From NCBI GenBank assembly GCA_049608025.1, contig JBMYXC010000013.1: 64,000 nucleotides of DNA; one strand, 5' to 3'. This DNA comes from Mycobacterium sp. (GTDB lineage: Bacteria; Actinomycetota; Actinomycetes; Mycobacteriales; Mycobacteriaceae). Shown here piece by piece: positions 28,392 to 41,144 of the stretch. Made by a program: the position numbers and the translations under genes. The first letter of the stretch is position 1. Every line of letters starts with the position of its first letter. A model generated the notes under the pieces. That model was not told where the DNA came from and made no database searches. It saw nothing but the letters and a program-made list of their open reading frames with translations.

Positions 28392-28459
28392 GCGCCGATA
28401 GGCCCGCAATGGTGACAAACTGCCCTGTTTCGACCGCGCCCGTGGAGGATAATGGTCCA
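28392..28459. promoter_or_regulatory. Cluster of DosR-box-like sites between cupin-arcC and hox
   Basis: GCG CC GATA GG CCC (28392), GTG AC AAAC TG CCC (28412), AGG AT AATG GT CCA (28446). Confidence 0.55.
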
Positions 28460-28502
28460 CGAGCGGGGGAGCAGGCGATTGAGGATTGACGGGAGTACCT
28501 GG

Positions 28503-30335
28503 TTGAACGCAGACATCGAGACGGTCCTCCGGCGGCACCGCTACGACGGAACCCGGTTGATCGACATTCTGTGGGACGTCCAGAATCTGTTCGGCCACAT
28601 TCCCGACGAGCACCTCCCGCAGATGGCGAGCGCTCTGGACCGGTCCGTGCCCGACATTGTGGAGACCGCCTCGTTCTATCACTTCTTCCACTCCAAGCCC
28701 TCGGGGCGGCACCGGATTTATCTGAGCAACACGGTGATTGCCAAGATGAACGGGTACCAGGCGGTATACGACGCGCTGGTGCGCGAGACGGGGGTCGGGT
28801 TCGGAGAGACCGACCCTACGGGAATGTTCGGACTGTTCGAGACCCCGTGCATCGGACTCAGTGATCAGGAACCGGCGATGCTGCTCGACGGCGTGGCGTT
28901 CACCCGACTCACTCCCGATACCGTCGCAGAGGTCATCGCGCAGCTGAAGGCCGGGAAAGTCGGCGCCGACATCGCGAATCCGGCGGGGCTCCCGCGGGAC
29001 GGCATCGCCTACGTCGACAACCTGGTGGAACCCAGTGTCCGTACCCGGGGACCGGTGTTCTTCTGTGACGACGTGGATCACCGGGGCTTGCTCGAGCGCT
29101 GCCTCGCCGGTACGCCGGCGCAGACGATCGCCACGATCACCGAGGCCGGTCTGCGCGGATTCGGTGGCGCCGGGTTTCCCACCGGGCTGAAGTGGCGGCT
29201 GGGCAGGGAAGCATCCGGCGATGACAAGTACGTCATCTGCAACGCCGATGAGGGGGAGCCCGGCACGTTCAAGGATCGCGCTCTGCTGACGCACTCGCCC
29301 AAGGACGTTCTCCTGGGAATGGTCATCGCGGCATACGCGATCGGCAGCAGGCACGGGATCGTCTATCTCCGAGCAGAATACGCCTACCTCGAGAGCTATC
29401 TGGAGAGTCAACTCCAGGAACTCCGGCGCGACGGGCTGCTGGGATCCGATATCGGTGGCCTACCCGGATTCGCTTTCGACATCCGTATCCAGATGGGAGC
29501 CGGGTCATATGTCTGCGGCGAAGAGTCCGCGCTGATCGAGTCGTGCGAAGGTAACCGAGGCACGCCCCGGCTGAAGCCGCCCTACCCGATCCAGCAGGGC
29601 TACCTCGGCAATCCCACCTGCGTCAACAACGTCGAAACCTTCGCCGCGGCAACTCGGGTCACGGCCGAAGGCGCTGAATGGTTCAGGCGGATGGGTACAT
29701 CCGACTCGGCAGGGACCCGCCTGGTGAGTGTCGCTGGGGATTGCCGCCGACCGGGCGTCTACGAGGTGCAGTGGGGCATCACCGTCGACGAAGTGCTGGA
29801 GATGGTCGACGCACACAATGCCCAGGCCGTCCAGATCAGCGGCCCATCGGGGGAGTGTCTGTCGGTGCAGCAGGACGGCCGGCGCCGGATCGCCTATGAG
29901 GACATCCCGTGCAACGGCTCGGTCACCATCTTCGATAACACTCGTGACCTGCTGGACTGCGTGAAGGATTACACGAAGTTCTTCGTCGACGAATCCTGCG
30001 GCATATGTGTTCCCTGCCGGGCCGGCACCATCGACCTCCACGACAAGGTGGAACGCGTCCGGGCAGGCAACGGGGTCCAGCAGGATCTCGACGACGCGTC
30101 CGGTTGGGGCGCTCTGGTGCGCGACACCAGCAGGTGCGGTCTCGGGGCCACGGCAGCCAATCCCCTACTGACGACGTGGGAGAAGTTTCCCGAGTTGTAT
30201 CGGGACAGGTTGCGCACTCAAGAGCACGCCCTGCTGCCCTCGTTCGATGCGGAGGCGGCCCTGGCTGAATACGGCACGGCCCTGGCTGAATCAGGCACGG
30301 TGGAAACCAAGTTCGAGACGGACGGGACGAAATGA
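28503..30335 (+). CDS. hoxF: NAD-reducing hydrogenase diaphorase subunit HoxF (NuoE-like plus NuoF-like)
   Basis: TTG at 28503 after GGGAG (alternative ATG 28452); RLIDILWDVQ...GHIP, GLRGFGGAGFPTGLKW, CNADEGEPGTFKDR, YVCGEESAL, SCGICVPCR..RCGLG. Confidence 0.93.
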   Translation: MNADIETVLRRHRYDGTRLIDILWDVQNLFGHIPDEHLPQMASALDRSVPDIVETASFYHFFHSKPSGRHRIYLSNTVIAKMNGYQAVYDALVRETGVGFGETDPTGMFGLFETPCIGLSDQEPAMLLDGVAFTRLTPDTVAEVIAQLKAGKVGADIANPAGLPRDGIAYVDNLVEPSVRTRGPVFFCDDVDHRGLLERCLAGTPAQTIATITEAGLRGFGGAGFPTGLKWRLGREASGDDKYVICNADEGEPGTFKDRALLTHSPKDVLLGMVIAAYAIGSRHGIVYLRAEYAYLESYLESQLQELRRDGLLGSDIGGLPGFAFDIRIQMGAGSYVCGEESALIESCEGNRGTPRLKPPYPIQQGYLGNPTCVNNVETFAAATRVTAEGAEWFRRMGTSDSAGTRLVSVAGDCRRPGVYEVQWGITVDEVLEMVDAHNAQAVQISGPSGECLSVQQDGRRRIAYEDIPCNGSVTIFDNTRDLLDCVKDYTKFFVDESCGICVPCRAGTIDLHDKVERVRAGNGVQQDLDDASGWGALVRDTSRCGLGATAANPLLTTWEKFPELYRDRLRTQEHALLPSFDAEAALAEYGTALAESGTVETKFETDGTK

Positions 30336-31048
30336 GCATCCAGATCGAGATCGATGGGATTTCGGTGTCGACTCAGGAGAACCGAATCCTTGTCGACGTC
30401 GCCGCGGAGGCGGGTGTATACATCCCGACGCTGTGCTACCTGAAAGGTAAGCCGTGTCTCGGGACCTGCCGGGTGTGCACGGTGAAGGTCGACGGTGCGG
30501 TGGTCGCGGCCTGCACGGTCCGCGTCGCCGATGGAATGACTGTCGAGGTCGACGAACCCGAGACGGCTGATTTACGGAAAGCGTTGGTAGAACTGCTGTT
30601 CGCCGAAGGCAATCACAACTGTCCCAGTTGTGAGAAGAGTGGTCGCTGCACCTTGCAGGCGGTCGGCTACGAGGTGGACATGCTCGTCTCGCGCTTCCCG
30701 TACCGGTTCCCGACCCGAGAACGGGACCACGCCTCCGAACGGATCTGGCTGGAGCGGGATCGCTGTATTTTCTGTCAACGCTGTGTGGAGTTCGTCCGCG
30801 ACGAAACGACCGGACAGAAGATCTTCAGCATCAGTGCGCGCGGGACCGAGTCACAGATCGACATCGATGCCGAACGCGCGAACGCCATGCCGCCCGAGCA
30901 GGTCCGCTATGCCGTGGAGATCTGCCCCGTCGGCGCCATCCTCGAGAAAGGGGTCGGCTTCGACGTTCCGATCGGTCAGCGCAAGTACGAAATCGAGTCC
31001 GTCCGGGACCGGACTCTCGGCACCACAGATGAGGCGGGCACACCGTGA
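30332..31048 (+). CDS. hoxU: NAD-reducing hydrogenase Fe-S subunit HoxU
   Basis: IPTLCY, GTCRVCTV, AAC, EGNHNCPSCEKSGRC.LQ, DRCIFCQRCV, ICPVGAI; ATGA overlap with hoxF. Confidence 0.93.
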   Translation: MSIQIEIDGISVSTQENRILVDVAAEAGVYIPTLCYLKGKPCLGTCRVCTVKVDGAVVAACTVRVADGMTVEVDEPETADLRKALVELLFAEGNHNCPSCEKSGRCTLQAVGYEVDMLVSRFPYRFPTRERDHASERIWLERDRCIFCQRCVEFVRDETTGQKIFSISARGTESQIDIDAERANAMPPEQVRYAVEICPVGAILEKGVGFDVPIGQRKYEIESVRDRTLGTTDEAGTP

Positions 31049-31662
31049 CGGACGAAATCGCTTCGCACGAACTACCGGCAACGGCTACCGACCCGGCTTT
31101 CTCGGCGAGCCAGGACGGCAAGATCAACGTGGCGATGATCAGTCTGTGCGGCTGCTGGGGATGCACATTGTCGTTTCTCGACATCGACGAGCGAATCCTG
31201 CCGCTCCTGGACAAGATCACCATTCGCCGCTCCTCGCTCACCGATATCAAGCGGATCACGCAGCGATGCGCCATCGGCTTCATCGAGGGCGGCGTTGCCA
31301 ATGAGGACAACATCGAGACGCTCCGTCACTTTCGGGAAAACTGCGACATCCTCATCTCCGTCGGAGCGTGCGCCGTCTGGGGCGGCATTCCTGCGATGCG
31401 CAACGTCTACGACGTGGATGACTGTCTGAAAGAGGCCTACCTCGACTCGCCCACCGCGGTTCCGGGTGCCACACCGGTCATTCCGTTGCATCCGGACATC
31501 CCGGTACTCACCACCAAGGTCCACCCCTGCCATGAAGTGGTTCACATGGACTACTTCCTGCCCGGTTGTCCACCCGAGGCGGACGCGATCCTTACCGTGC
31601 TCGATGATCTGATAAACGGCCGCCCGGTCGCGCTGCCCCGCCCGCTGACCCACTATGACTGA
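31045..31662 (+). CDS. hoxY: [NiFe]-hydrogenase small subunit HoxY
   Basis: SLCGCWGCTLSFLDIDE, IEGGV, SVGACA.WGGIPAMRN, DYFLPGCPP; short, single-cluster form. Confidence 0.93.
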   Translation: MTDEIASHELPATATDPAFSASQDGKINVAMISLCGCWGCTLSFLDIDERILPLLDKITIRRSSLTDIKRITQRCAIGFIEGGVANEDNIETLRHFRENCDILISVGACAVWGGIPAMRNVYDVDDCLKEAYLDSPTAVPGATPVIPLHPDIPVLTTKVHPCHEVVHMDYFLPGCPPEADAILTVLDDLINGRPVALPRPLTHYD

Positions 31663-31677
31663 ACCCGGAGGTTTCGC

Positions 31678-33144
31678 GTGAGCAGAAAGCTCGTCATCGA
31701 TCCCGTGACCCGCATCGAGGGCCACGGGAAGGTGACCGTGCATCTCGATGACGACGGCAACGTCCTCGATGCCAGGCTGCATGTCGTCGAGTTTCGCGGC
31801 TACGAGAAGTTCGTTCAGGGCCACCCGTTCTGGGAGGCGCCGATGTTGATGCAACGCATCTGCGGTATCTGCTTCGTCAGTCACCATCTGGGCGGCGCGA
31901 AAGCGCTCGACGACATCATCGGCGTCGGTGCCGGCTCAGGAAGCGGGGTGACGGTCACCGCGGAGAAGATCCGCCGTCTCGGCCACTACGCGCAGATGTT
32001 GCAGTCCCATGTGACGGCGTATTTCTACTTGGTTGTCCCCGAGATGATGTTGGGGATGGATACCGCACCCGAGCAGCGCAATCTGCTGGGTCTGATCCAG
32101 GCGGACCCCGAATTGATGCGCAGAGTGATCATGCTGCGCAAATGGGGTCAAGAGGTGATCAAGACGGTCTTCGGGAAGAGGATGCACGGCATCAGTTCGG
32201 TGCCGGGAGGCGTCGACAAGAACGTGAGCGTCGCCGAACGCGATCGGCTGCTCAATGGCGAAGAGGGGCTCCCGTCGATCAGCGAGGTCATCGACTACGC
32301 ACAAGACGGGCTGCGCCTGTTCCACGACTTCCACGCCAAGAACCGAAGTCAGGTGGACGGCTTTGCCAACGTTCCCGTCCTGAGCATGTCGCTGGCCGAC
32401 GCCGACGGCAACGTGGACTACTACCACGGCGCGTTGCGGATCGTGGGCGAGGACAAGAAGGTGGTCCGCGAGATCGACTATCACGACTACCTCGACCACT
32501 TTTCCGAAGCCGTCGAACCGTGGAGCTACATGAAGTTCCCCTTTCTCAAAGATCTGGGACGGGAGAGGGGCTCGGTTCGGGTGGGCCCGCTCGCGCGGAT
32601 GAACGTCACGAATTCGCTGTCGACACCGCTCGCTCAAGAGGCGTTGGAGAAGTTCCACGCCTACACCGACGGTGCATCGAACAACATGACGCTGCATACC
32701 AACTGGGCGCGGGCCATCGAGGTTCTCCATGCTGCGGAACTGATCGAAGAGTTGCTGCGAGATCCGGACTTGCAGAAGCAGGATCTTGTCGTCACTGCTG
32801 CGCCGGGAGCGTGGGTGGGTGAAGGTGTCGGTGTCGTCGAAGCCCCGCGCGGCACGCTGCTTCACCACTACCGCGCCGGCGCCGAAGGCGACATCACCTT
32901 CGCTAATCTGATTGTGGCCACGACCCAGAACAATCAAATCCTCAACCGCACAGTGCGTTCGGTGGCCGAAGACTATCTGGTGGGTCACGGTGAGATCACC
33001 GAGGCGATGATGAACGCCATCGAGGTGGGGATTCGCGCCTTTGATCCATGCCTGAGCTGCGCGACCCACGCCTTTGGGCAGATGCCGCTGATCGTGACGG
33101 TGCTTGATTCGGCGGGAAATGTGCTCAACGAACGCGTGCGTTGA
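31678..33144 (+). CDS. hoxH: [NiFe]-hydrogenase large subunit HoxH (group 3d)
   Basis: IDPVTRIEGHGK, FRGYEKF..G, L1 motif RICGIC..SH, EAPRGTL.HHY, L2 motif DPCLSCATH, followed by a cleavable tail AFGQMPL... Confidence 0.95.
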   Translation: MSRKLVIDPVTRIEGHGKVTVHLDDDGNVLDARLHVVEFRGYEKFVQGHPFWEAPMLMQRICGICFVSHHLGGAKALDDIIGVGAGSGSGVTVTAEKIRRLGHYAQMLQSHVTAYFYLVVPEMMLGMDTAPEQRNLLGLIQADPELMRRVIMLRKWGQEVIKTVFGKRMHGISSVPGGVDKNVSVAERDRLLNGEEGLPSISEVIDYAQDGLRLFHDFHAKNRSQVDGFANVPVLSMSLADADGNVDYYHGALRIVGEDKKVVREIDYHDYLDHFSEAVEPWSYMKFPFLKDLGRERGSVRVGPLARMNVTNSLSTPLAQEALEKFHAYTDGASNNMTLHTNWARAIEVLHAAELIEELLRDPDLQKQDLVVTAAPGAWVGEGVGVVEAPRGTLLHHYRAGAEGDITFANLIVATTQNNQILNRTVRSVAEDYLVGHGEITEAMMNAIEVGIRAFDPCLSCATHAFGQMPLIVTVLDSAGNVLNERVR

Positions 33145-33145
33145 C

Positions 33146-33652
33146 ATGCCACCGGTGAGGCTCGCGGAGTTCGACGATGACTCCTGCCTGATCTATGGGA
33201 TCGGCAACGTGGGTCGTCAAGACGACGGCTTGGGCTGGGCCTTCATCGATTGGCTGGAGGCGCAGGGCCGCTGCCCGAACGCCCAGCTGCAGCGTAACTA
33301 TCAGCTGCTGCTCGAGGACGCCGAACTGATCAGCACAAAGGAACGCGTGTTGTTCATCGATGCCACCAAAGACGAGACGGTCACGTCGTTCACCTGGGCG
33401 CGCGCGGTGCCGAAGATGGACTTCACGTTCACCTCACACGCCATCTCGATACCCGCCATCATGGCGACCTGTCAGCAGTGCTTCGATCGGGTGCCGGAGG
33501 TGCACGTCCTAGCGATCAGGGGATTCGAGTTCGAACTCGAAATGGGTTTGACGCCAGGGGCGCAACGCAATTTGAACGACGCGACGGCCGATCTTCTTTC
33601 TGGGGAGCATCGGCTGTGTCCGGTCGGACATGAATCAAAGGAGTGCAGATGA
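33146..33652 (+). CDS. hoxW: Hydrogenase maturation protease HoxW
   Basis: LIYGIGN.GRQDDGLG, YQLLLEDA, VLFIDA, FTSH; directly after hoxH. Confidence 0.9.
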   Translation: MPPVRLAEFDDDSCLIYGIGNVGRQDDGLGWAFIDWLEAQGRCPNAQLQRNYQLLLEDAELISTKERVLFIDATKDETVTSFTWARAVPKMDFTFTSHAISIPAIMATCQQCFDRVPEVHVLAIRGFEFELEMGLTPGAQRNLNDATADLLSGEHRLCPVGHESKECR

Positions 33653-34914
33653 CCATGACCATTTCGTCGATGTCGGCGATTGAGATTCTCGACTCGCGTG
33701 GTCGGCCCACCCTGCGGGTGCAGGCGACCCTGCCGGACGGGCGGACCGTGCGATCGGGGGTGCCCTCGGGGGCCTCGACGGGTAGCCGGGAGGCGGTGGA
33801 GTTGCGCGACCACGACGCGCGCCGATACTCGGGCCAGGGCGTCCAGCAGTCGGTCGGGCACGTCAATGGACCGATTGCGGACGCCTTGACCGGTCGTACC
33901 TTCGCGTCCCTCGGCCAGGTGGATGACACCCTGCGGGCGTTGGACGGTACCGCCGACAAGTCGCGGTTGGGCGCAAACGCGATTGTGGGTGCGTCGATAG
34001 TTGCTGCCCGGGCGTTTGCGCTCGAGTCGGGAAAGCCGCTCTGGCGGTGGCTGACTCCGGACGGAGTGCCTCCGCGCCTGCCGGTACCCCACTTCAACGT
34101 CGTCAACGGGGGGGTGCACGCGGCCAATGAGCTCGACTTTCAGGAGTTCATGATCGCGCCGATCGGGGCGCCGTCGCTACCTGAAGCGGTGCGGGCCGGA
34201 GCTGAGGTGTATCAGAAGCTGCGGGTGCTCTTGGCCGACGGCGGCTTCGAGACAGGGCTGGGGGATGAGGGTGGGTTCGCGCCCGAGATCGCCTTACCGG
34301 AGGAAGTTTTGGCACTACTGGTGCAGGCGATCAGTGATGCCGGCTATACCCCCGGAAAGGACGGCATCGCGATCGCCCTCGATCCGGCCGCCAGCGAGTT
34401 CCACCGCAGCGGCCGGTACTCGGTGGGCGGCGAATCGTTGTCCAGTGAGGACCTGATCGAGCGGTACGCGCAGATCATCGACAGGTTCCCTGTCTGGAGC
34501 ATCGAGGACGGCCTCGGCGAAGCCGACACCGCAGGCTGGCGGAAACTCACCGACGCGCTCGGTGAACGCGTGCAACTGGTCGGTGATGACAATTTCGTCA
34601 CCAACCCGGACTTGATCGCCGCGGCGGTCAACGCCGGCATCGGCAATGCCGCGCTGATCAAGGTCAATCAAGTCGGGACGGTATCGGAAACTCAAGAGGC
34701 GCTGAGCGTTTGCCGTGAATCAGGATATGCGGCGATGATCTCGCATCGTTCGGGGGAGACCGACGACACGTTCATCGCTGATCTTGCCGTCGGTTCGGGA
34801 TGCGGCCAGATCAAGTCCGGTGCGCCGGCACGGGGAGAGCGCGTCGCAAAGTACAACCGTCTTATCGAAATCGCGGCTTCGGAACCGAAGTATCCGTTCG
34901 GTTTGACGTTCTGA
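33649..34914 (+). CDS. eno: Enolase (likely an accessory paralogue)
   Basis: EILDSRG.PT, VPSGASTG..EA.ELRD, QEFMI, DEGGF, IEDG, VGDD, KVNQ.GT, SHRSGET.D, QIKSGAP..GER.AKYN; ATGA overlap with hoxW. Confidence 0.96.
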   Translation: MTMTISSMSAIEILDSRGRPTLRVQATLPDGRTVRSGVPSGASTGSREAVELRDHDARRYSGQGVQQSVGHVNGPIADALTGRTFASLGQVDDTLRALDGTADKSRLGANAIVGASIVAARAFALESGKPLWRWLTPDGVPPRLPVPHFNVVNGGVHAANELDFQEFMIAPIGAPSLPEAVRAGAEVYQKLRVLLADGGFETGLGDEGGFAPEIALPEEVLALLVQAISDAGYTPGKDGIAIALDPAASEFHRSGRYSVGGESLSSEDLIERYAQIIDRFPVWSIEDGLGEADTAGWRKLTDALGERVQLVGDDNFVTNPDLIAAAVNAGIGNAALIKVNQVGTVSETQEALSVCRESGYAAMISHRSGETDDTFIADLAVGSGCGQIKSGAPARGERVAKYNRLIEIAASEPKYPFGLTF

Positions 34915-34922
34915 CGAGTGAT

Positions 34923-35932
34923 TTACCAGGGGCCGTAGACGGCGCTGTTGGCCCGCCGCATCGTGCTGACGTAGTCCGCGCGTTCGTGTGCGGCCTCATC
35001 GGTGCCGATCGGGACCGCGAGCAGGCCACGAAACTCGTTGATGGCGGAGTAGCCCTTGCGGTCCATCCAGTCCCGCAATCCGGTCAGCAACACCGCGGTA
35101 TACGCCGGGCCATGGCGCAGCAGTGCAGACGCCGTCATCACCACATCCGCACCGGCCAGCAGATACTTGACCACTTCCGTCGAGCCCTCGACACCGGTGG
35201 TCGCGGCGAGCGAAGCGTTGATCCGCCCGTGCAGCAGGGTAATCCAGGTCAAAGGCAGCCGGGCCTCCGCAGCGCGCGACAGCGACGTTCCGCGCGCTAC
35301 AGCCAGTGTCTCGGGGTCGATGTCGGGCTGTAGGAATCGGTTGAACAGCACCAGCGCGTCGGCCCCGGTCAGGTCCAGGCGTCGCGCCATCTCAGCGGTC
35401 GCGCTGAAATAGGGGCTGAGTTTCACCGCTACCGGCACGCTGACCGCATCCTTGACCTGCGCCAGAATCTCGATGTGACGTTCTTCGAGGTCGCGACCGG
35501 AAATGTGGGAATCGCCAGGCAGCGAGTAGATGTTCAATTCGACTGCGGCCGCGCCGCAATCCTGCATCGACCGGGCGTATCGGGCCCAACTGCCGGGCGT
35601 ACTTGCGTTGATGCTGCCGATCACCGGAATCGAGACGGCCTCGACCGCGCGTTCCAGCAGGCTCAGGTACCGGCGCGGGCCGTGGTCGGTGCGTGCGGCC
35701 GCAGGGAAGTACGTCAGCGACTCGGCGAAGCTCTCCGACCCTGCCTCTGCCCGTTGCGCATCCTGCTCGGCCTCGCGCCGAAGCTGCTCCTCGAACAGTG
35801 AATAGAGCACCACAGCGCCGATCCCGGCGTCGGCGAGCTGTCGGACGCCGTCGACGGTCTGCGACATCGGGGACGCTGACGCGACCAGCGGATTGGCCAG
35901 TTGCAGGCCGAGATAGCGGGTGGACAGGTCCA

Positions 35933-35933
<1 letters not shown>
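34923..35933 (-). CDS. Dihydroorotate dehydrogenase-like flavoprotein (DHOD-like; no catalytic Cys)
   Basis: YLGLQL.NPLVASASP, SLFEEQ, PVIGSIN, ELNIYS (in place of ELNxSCP), VAVKLSP, LFNRF.QPDID, ATTGV. Confidence 0.88.
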
Positions 35934-39510
<3,577 letters not shown>

Positions 39511-39514
<4 letters not shown>

Positions 39515-41142
39515 GTCGGCTCCCCGAACATGTCGATGGCGTGCACCGGACACTGATCGGCGCAGATTGCGCAACCCGTGCACTTGTCGTAATCGAACCG
39601 ATAGCGTTGCCCTTCGCCGAGTTTGATCACCGCCTCCTCGGGGCAGGCACCCAGACAGCCATCGCACTCGAAGCAGTTCCCACACGACAGGCACCGCTGG
39701 GCCTCGAAAGTCGCCGCGTCTGCCGACAGACCGCCGACGACCTCCTGGAAGCCCTGCACCCGCGTCGTGCTTCCCAGTTCAGGCTGCCGACGTTGCGCGG
39801 CGTCACCGAAGTACCAGAGGTGCAAAGACTCGAACGTCGCGGTCGGATGTTTGGCCGGCCGCTCCGCCGACGACCCGCGCAGCCAGGCGTCGATGTGATG
39901 AGCGGCCTTCTTCCCGTGGCCCACGCCGACGGTCACGGTGCGTTCGCTGGGCACCATGTCGCCGCCGGCGAACACACCCGGACAGCCGGTCATCAGTGTT
40001 GACGAGACCCGCACGCTGCCGTCGGCTTCGAACTCCACTCCCGGCAGGGTTTGCATGAATGCCGACTCCGTTTCCTGCCCGACCGCCATGATCAGCGTGT
40101 CGGTAGCCAGGGTCTCCATCCGGCCGGTCGGCCGAGGGTGCCCGGACTCGTCGAGTTCCATGACCTCGACCTGGATTTCGGGACCGTCGAAGGCGGTGAT
40201 GGTGCGCAGCCAGTGGATTTGGACTCCCTCTCGCTCGGCGTCCTCGGCTTCCTCGGTGTGGGCGGGCATCTGATCGCGGGTGCGGCGGTAGACGATGACC
40301 GCGTCCTCGGCGCCCAGGCGGCGGGCTACCCGCGCGGCGTCCATCGCGGTGTTGCCGCCCCCGTAAACCGTGACGTGACGGCCGACGGCCGGTTCCTCGC
40401 CGGAGGCGACGTCGTGCAGGAACGACACCGCATCGACCATCGTGCCGGCGTCGCGCGCCGGGATATCGACGCGTTTCGCCAGATGTGCGCCGACCGCGAC
40501 GAACACCGCGTCGAAGTCGCCCTCGTCGCGCTCGGCCGCCAGATCCTCGACTCGATGATCGCAGGTCAACCGCACGCCCATCGCCGCGATCCGGTGCAGT
40601 TCGGCATCCAACACGTCGCGGGGCAGGCGATAGCTCGGAATGCCGTACCGCATCATCCCGCCGGGGGCCGCCTCCGCATCCCGGACCTCGACGTCGTGGC
40701 CGAGGCGCCTGAGATGGTAGGCGGCGGACAGGCCACTGGGGCCTGCCCCGATGACCAAGACGCGCTTGCCCGTGGGGTGCGGCGCTGCTTCGAACACCCA
40801 GCCACGCTCCCGGGCCAGGTCGCCGAGGAAGCGCTCCACCGAATGGATCGCCACGGCGGAATCGAGATGGGCTCGGTTGCAGGCAGTTTCACACGGGTGA
40901 TAGCAGACCCGACCGTGGATGGCGGCGAAGGGGTTGTCCGCGACGAGCTGACGCCATGCGGCTTCGTGCCGCCCGGCAGTAGCATGTGCCAGCCAGGCCT
41001 GGATGTTCTCTCCGGCCGGGCAACCGGCATTGCAGGGCGGCAGCAGATCCACGTACACCGGTCGGCGCGCGCGCACCGGGCCGGCTCGAGAGCGCCCATG
41101 GGCAAGATCGGCGAGTGGTGCGACGTCATCGGATCCGGTCAT
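39511..41142 (-). CDS. GltD/PreT-like FAD and Fe-S NAD(P)H oxidoreductase with C-terminal 2x[4Fe-4S] domain
   Basis: PPCNAGCPAG, GRVCYHPCETAC, IGAGPSGLSAA, GIPSYRLP, GGGNTAMD..YRR, RCLSCGNCFECDGC..ACP, CTGCAICADQCP. Confidence 0.9.
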
Positions 41143-41144
41143 CG

